A stretch of DNA of 58,092 nt from a virus (taxonomy: Duplodnaviria > Caudoviricetes). The notes beneath the pieces were generated by a model, which saw only the letters and a list, made by a program, of their open reading frames with translations, did not search any database and was not told the DNA's origin. The stretch spans positions 1 through 58,092 of the IMG/VR virus record IMGVR_UViG_3300037045_000348. One strand, 5' to 3'. Shown in pieces: positions 55,746-58,092 of the stretch; within the stretch, counting starts at the first letter, position 1; each line of letters opens with the position of its first letter. The position numbers and the translations under genes were made by a program.

Positions 55746-56281
55746 GACGGTACCCTTGTTGCGAGCCACCGCCGCGCCTCTGTGGCGGCGACGCTCCACC
55801 TGCGCCCGTCGTCCTTGCCCTTGATCTCGCCGCTCCGGAGCAAGTGTCGGACGTGCCGCGAGCTCACGCCTCCGAGGATGGCGAGCTCCGCGGGCCCCAC
55901 GTCCTGACCGGCGTCGATGCGCTCGCGTCCCTCGGCAGCGCGCATCACGAGGACGAGCTGGCCCAGCCACCGGGTCGCGTCGACCGTGTCCGGGTCGTCG
56001 TACTCGGGCGTCGTGACGGACGGGCCATCGCTCGCTCTGGACCAGATCGGCAGCATGCTGATCAAGTACTCCTGGACCGGTGCGTCCAGCTCGCCGCCGT
56101 GGATGGCGTAGTGGGCGAGTACCCGCACGCTGAACTCCAGGTCGCACGGGCCCATCGGCTGGCAGGTCAGACCGACGCTGAAGGCGACGTGGTGGATGTG
56201 GCCGATGACGGCGTCAGCCACCTCCTTGGCGAGCTCCGCGGGGTCGATCGTGTACAGCGTCATGGATGATGGGCGTGTCAT
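55742..56281 (-). CDS. Protein with a C-terminal MerR/excisionase-type HTH (Aca-like candidate)
   Basis: AELAILGGVSSRHVRHLLRSGEIKG...WSV. Confidence 0.7.
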   Translation of the reverse strand: MTRPSSMTLYTIDPAELAKEVADAVIGHIHHVAFSVGLTCQPMGPCDLEFSVRVLAHYAIHGGELDAPVQEYLISMLPIWSRASDGPSVTTPEYDDPDTVDATRWLGQLVLVMRAAEGRERIDAGQDVGPAELAILGGVSSRHVRHLLRSGEIKGKDDGRRWSVAATEARRWLATRVPS

Positions 56282-56718
56282 TTGTCCTCCTGAACCTTCC
56301 TCAGACGCCGTTCGCCGACCTCCAGCGGCATCGCGTATCGATCGTCATGACCCAGCCGCACCACTCCGAAATGCTTGGCGTAGGCGCTTGCGTAGGCGCG
56401 CCTCGCCTCGATGAGCGCATGCTCCTTTTCGGTCACTTCCTCCCAGAATTCGTGAGCTTCTTTCATGACTCCTCCTCGTTGGCCCTGACCCACTCCCCAT
56501 CCACAAGCTCGCGGACTTCGAACCCGCACAGTAGGCTCCCCGGGCTCGCGGCGCGCAGGGCCGCGTTCGCCAGATCGGTCATCCGCGACCGCGACATCGG
56601 TCGGCTCGTAGGTGATGGTCCATGTCTTGAACATGGCAACGTCTGCTGCCTTTTCGTCCCGGAGCTCGACGTGTTGGATGTCGATGTCGTGTTCGCTTTC
56701 GGTGCTATGCTCGCTCAT
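56278..56718 (-). CDS. Small acidic protein; possible second start at 56466
   Basis: SD AGGAGGT before 56718 and GAGGAGGAG before the in-frame ATG at 56466. Confidence 0.55.
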   Translation of the reverse strand: MSEHSTESEHDIDIQHVELRDEKAADVAMFKTWTITYEPTDVAVADDRSGERGPARREPGEPTVRVRSPRACGWGVGQGQRGGVMKEAHEFWEEVTEKEHALIEARRAYASAYAKHFGVVRLGHDDRYAMPLEVGERRLRKVQEDK

Positions 56719-56783
56719 GGTGACCTCCTGCTAGGTTGCCCTGGCCCCGAGGGTTGCCGCCCTGCGGGGCCGTTGATATTTGT

Positions 56784-56817
56784 AGGATAGCACATATATC
56801 CGACGCGTCAACGGATA
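56784..56817 (-). promoter_or_regulatory. Promoter of the acr-like operon with an inverted repeat around the -35 box
   Basis: TTGACG-16nt-TATCCT with extended TG; TATCCG-9nt-CGGATA at 56797-56817. Confidence 0.65.
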
Positions 56818-56920
56818 ATCGACATGGGGCCCCTGGATTTGTAAGTGCGGGTTTTGTAGGGCCGAAGCCGCTTCCCTGTCCGTCAAGCCACAAACCGGAT
56901 CGCCACGAAGCCGCTCAATT

Positions 56921-56942
56921 GTTCAAATCCCCCTGGGGACGC
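56921..56942 (+). other. Putative attP core: 3' fragment of a tRNA-Glu gene
   Basis: GTTCAAATCCCCCTGGGGACGC = T loop, 3' T stem and GGGGACG acceptor strand; overlaps the integrase stop. Confidence 0.7.
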
Positions 56943-58092
56943 TGCTTGATGAGTCGTACACGGCGAGCAAGGCTCCCGTCGTGACCGTCCCCTCGATGCG
57001 AAAGCGCTTGCCGTCGGAGGTTTCCGTGGGCGTGAGGGTCAAGGGTCCGTCCAACAGGGCGTCGAGGACCTTGCGCGCCTCAACGGGGTTCCGTTCCAGA
57101 AGGCTGCGCAGCTGCTGAAGCCTCTCGCGCGCCTCCCTTTCCATTCGACGAGTCTCGAGGTCGATGGCCGAGGGCGCCGCCTGCGTGGTCGCCAATCTGG
57201 CCTTGAGGGACTCCAGGCGCCACTCTCTTTCCTCGATCATCTTCAGCACCACCTGTGGCGGTTTGTCGGCGCTGAGGAGCGCCTCACCGAGCCGGCGGAC
57301 CTCGTCTTCGAGCTCCTGAATCTGTCCCTGCAAGGCCGGAATCTCAGCGTCGAACTTCTTGCTCCGTTCCGCCAGGCGTCTGCGAACCTCTTTCAGTACT
57401 TCAGCGATCAGCTCTTCCTTGAGGATGTTTTTCTGGATCCACGTCGAGATGGCTGCATCGACGCTCGACACCGGCCGATGAAGGGAGCTTGGGCAAACGC
57501 TGTTGCCCCGGGTCCGGTGCCACGCGCAGACGTACTTGCCGACGTTGGTGGTCCCTGCCCGGCCGCTGGTTGCGTTGATCGGGCCGCCACAGACTCCACA
57601 GCGGGCGTAGCCGGTGAGGAAGTAGCGGGGCCCTTTGCCCTTGGGCCCACGCAGCCCCGTCCGAGCTTGGTTCGAAGCAATGCGCTGTTGCACTGCGTTC
57701 CATTGGTCGTCGCTCACGATGCGAAGGTTCTCGTCGACGATCTCGACGCAGGGATCGCTCGGCACCCGCACCTTCGTGCCGCCGCGGTACGTCTTGTGGA
57801 CCTTTCCCCAAGTGAGCCTGCCAGCGTAGCGCTCGCGGCGTAGCATCGCCCAAACACACGAGGGGGACCACGACCCTGTCCCGCGCTTGCCAGCTCTGGG
57901 CGCAGGAACGCCACGTTCGTTCAAGTCCTTGGCGATTGCACGTACTCCGTCACCAGAGCCGAAGCGGTCGTAGATCTCACGCACAATGCCCGCCTGCGCG
58001 TCGTTGATCCGGTACTCCACGTGCGAGCGGCGTTCCCTGTCGACGGCGGCCACAAACCGCGTGACTTCAGGGGTTAGCGCCTGACACCCCAC
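56923..58092 (-). CDS. int: Large serine recombinase (integrase), N-terminus outside the window
   Basis: Recombinase domain (IAKDLNERG, YAG..WGK, IVSDDQWNAVQ), Zn ribbon LTGYARCGVCG...YVC..C, coiled coil. Confidence 0.9.
   Translation of the reverse strand: MGCQALTPEVTRFVAAVDRERRSHVEYRINDAQAGIVREIYDRFGSGDGVRAIAKDLNERGVPAPRAGKRGTGSWSPSCVWAMLRRERYAGRLTWGKVHKTYRGGTKVRVPSDPCVEIVDENLRIVSDDQWNAVQQRIASNQARTGLRGPKGKGPRYFLTGYARCGVCGGPINATSGRAGTTNVGKYVCAWHRTRGNSVCPSSLHRPVSSVDAAISTWIQKNILKEELIAEVLKEVRRRLAERSKKFDAEIPALQGQIQELEDEVRRLGEALLSADKPPQVVLKMIEEREWRLESLKARLATTQAAPSAIDLETRRMEREARERLQQLRSLLERNPVEARKVLDALLDGPLTLTPTETSDGKRFRIEGTVTTGALLAVYDSSSSVPRGI

Larger units (their letters stand above)
1..58092. 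mobile_element. Temperate contractile-tailed phage genome, nearly complete, probably circularly permuted/excised form
   Basis: Continuous set of lysogeny, replication, packaging, head, sheath/tube/baseplate, lysis and integrase genes; no recognisable host housekeeping genes. Confidence 0.95.

Noticed and set aside
56880-56945. Complete tRNA-Glu gene
   Set aside because: Only the T loop and 3' strand are present; the upstream sequence cannot form the 5' T stem, anticodon arm or D arm
1-58092. Apparent abundance of CTCGAG, GTCGAC and CGATCG as a special sequence signal
   Set aside because: Plausibly explained by high-GC codon pairs (Leu-Glu, Val-Asp); cannot be supported without k-mer counts against a codon-aware null

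Overview
The window is an almost complete genome of a high-GC temperate phage with a contractile tail and Mu/P2-like structural genes; the host cannot be determined from the sequence. From left to right it carries: a leftward early operon (SbcD-like nuclease, putative annealing protein, DUF6884, DUF4942, small ORFs and a 74-nt tRNA-like RNA); an immunity region (ImmA-like protease, HsdR_N-type nuclease, cI, cro) with four operator-like palindromes; and a rightward early operon (cII-like, DUF2303, three DNA methyltransferases, DUF5131, DUF488, replication initiator with 22-bp iterons, DnaC-like loader, VRR-NUC). Packaging and head genes follow (terS, intein-containing terL, portal, MuF with an HExxH tail, protease/scaffold, capsid), then neck, tail, baseplate and lysis genes, a 3-gene candidate defence operon, a leftward operon with an AcrVA2/FinQ-family gene, and the 3' part of a large serine recombinase. 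The recombinase ends in a tRNA-Glu 3'-end fragment with phage genes on both sides, which suggests an intact attP and therefore the excised/circular form. The most notable observations are: (1) an HNH endonuclease gene with its own SD nested out of frame inside the TerL intein; (2) an anticodon-less, Ala-identity tRNA mimic; (3) an unassigned 3-gene nuclease operon; (4) a DUF2827 glycosyltransferase-like gene coupled to a Ser/Thr-rich virion protein; (5) an acr-like operon. All family calls come from motif recognition by eye, with no database searches.
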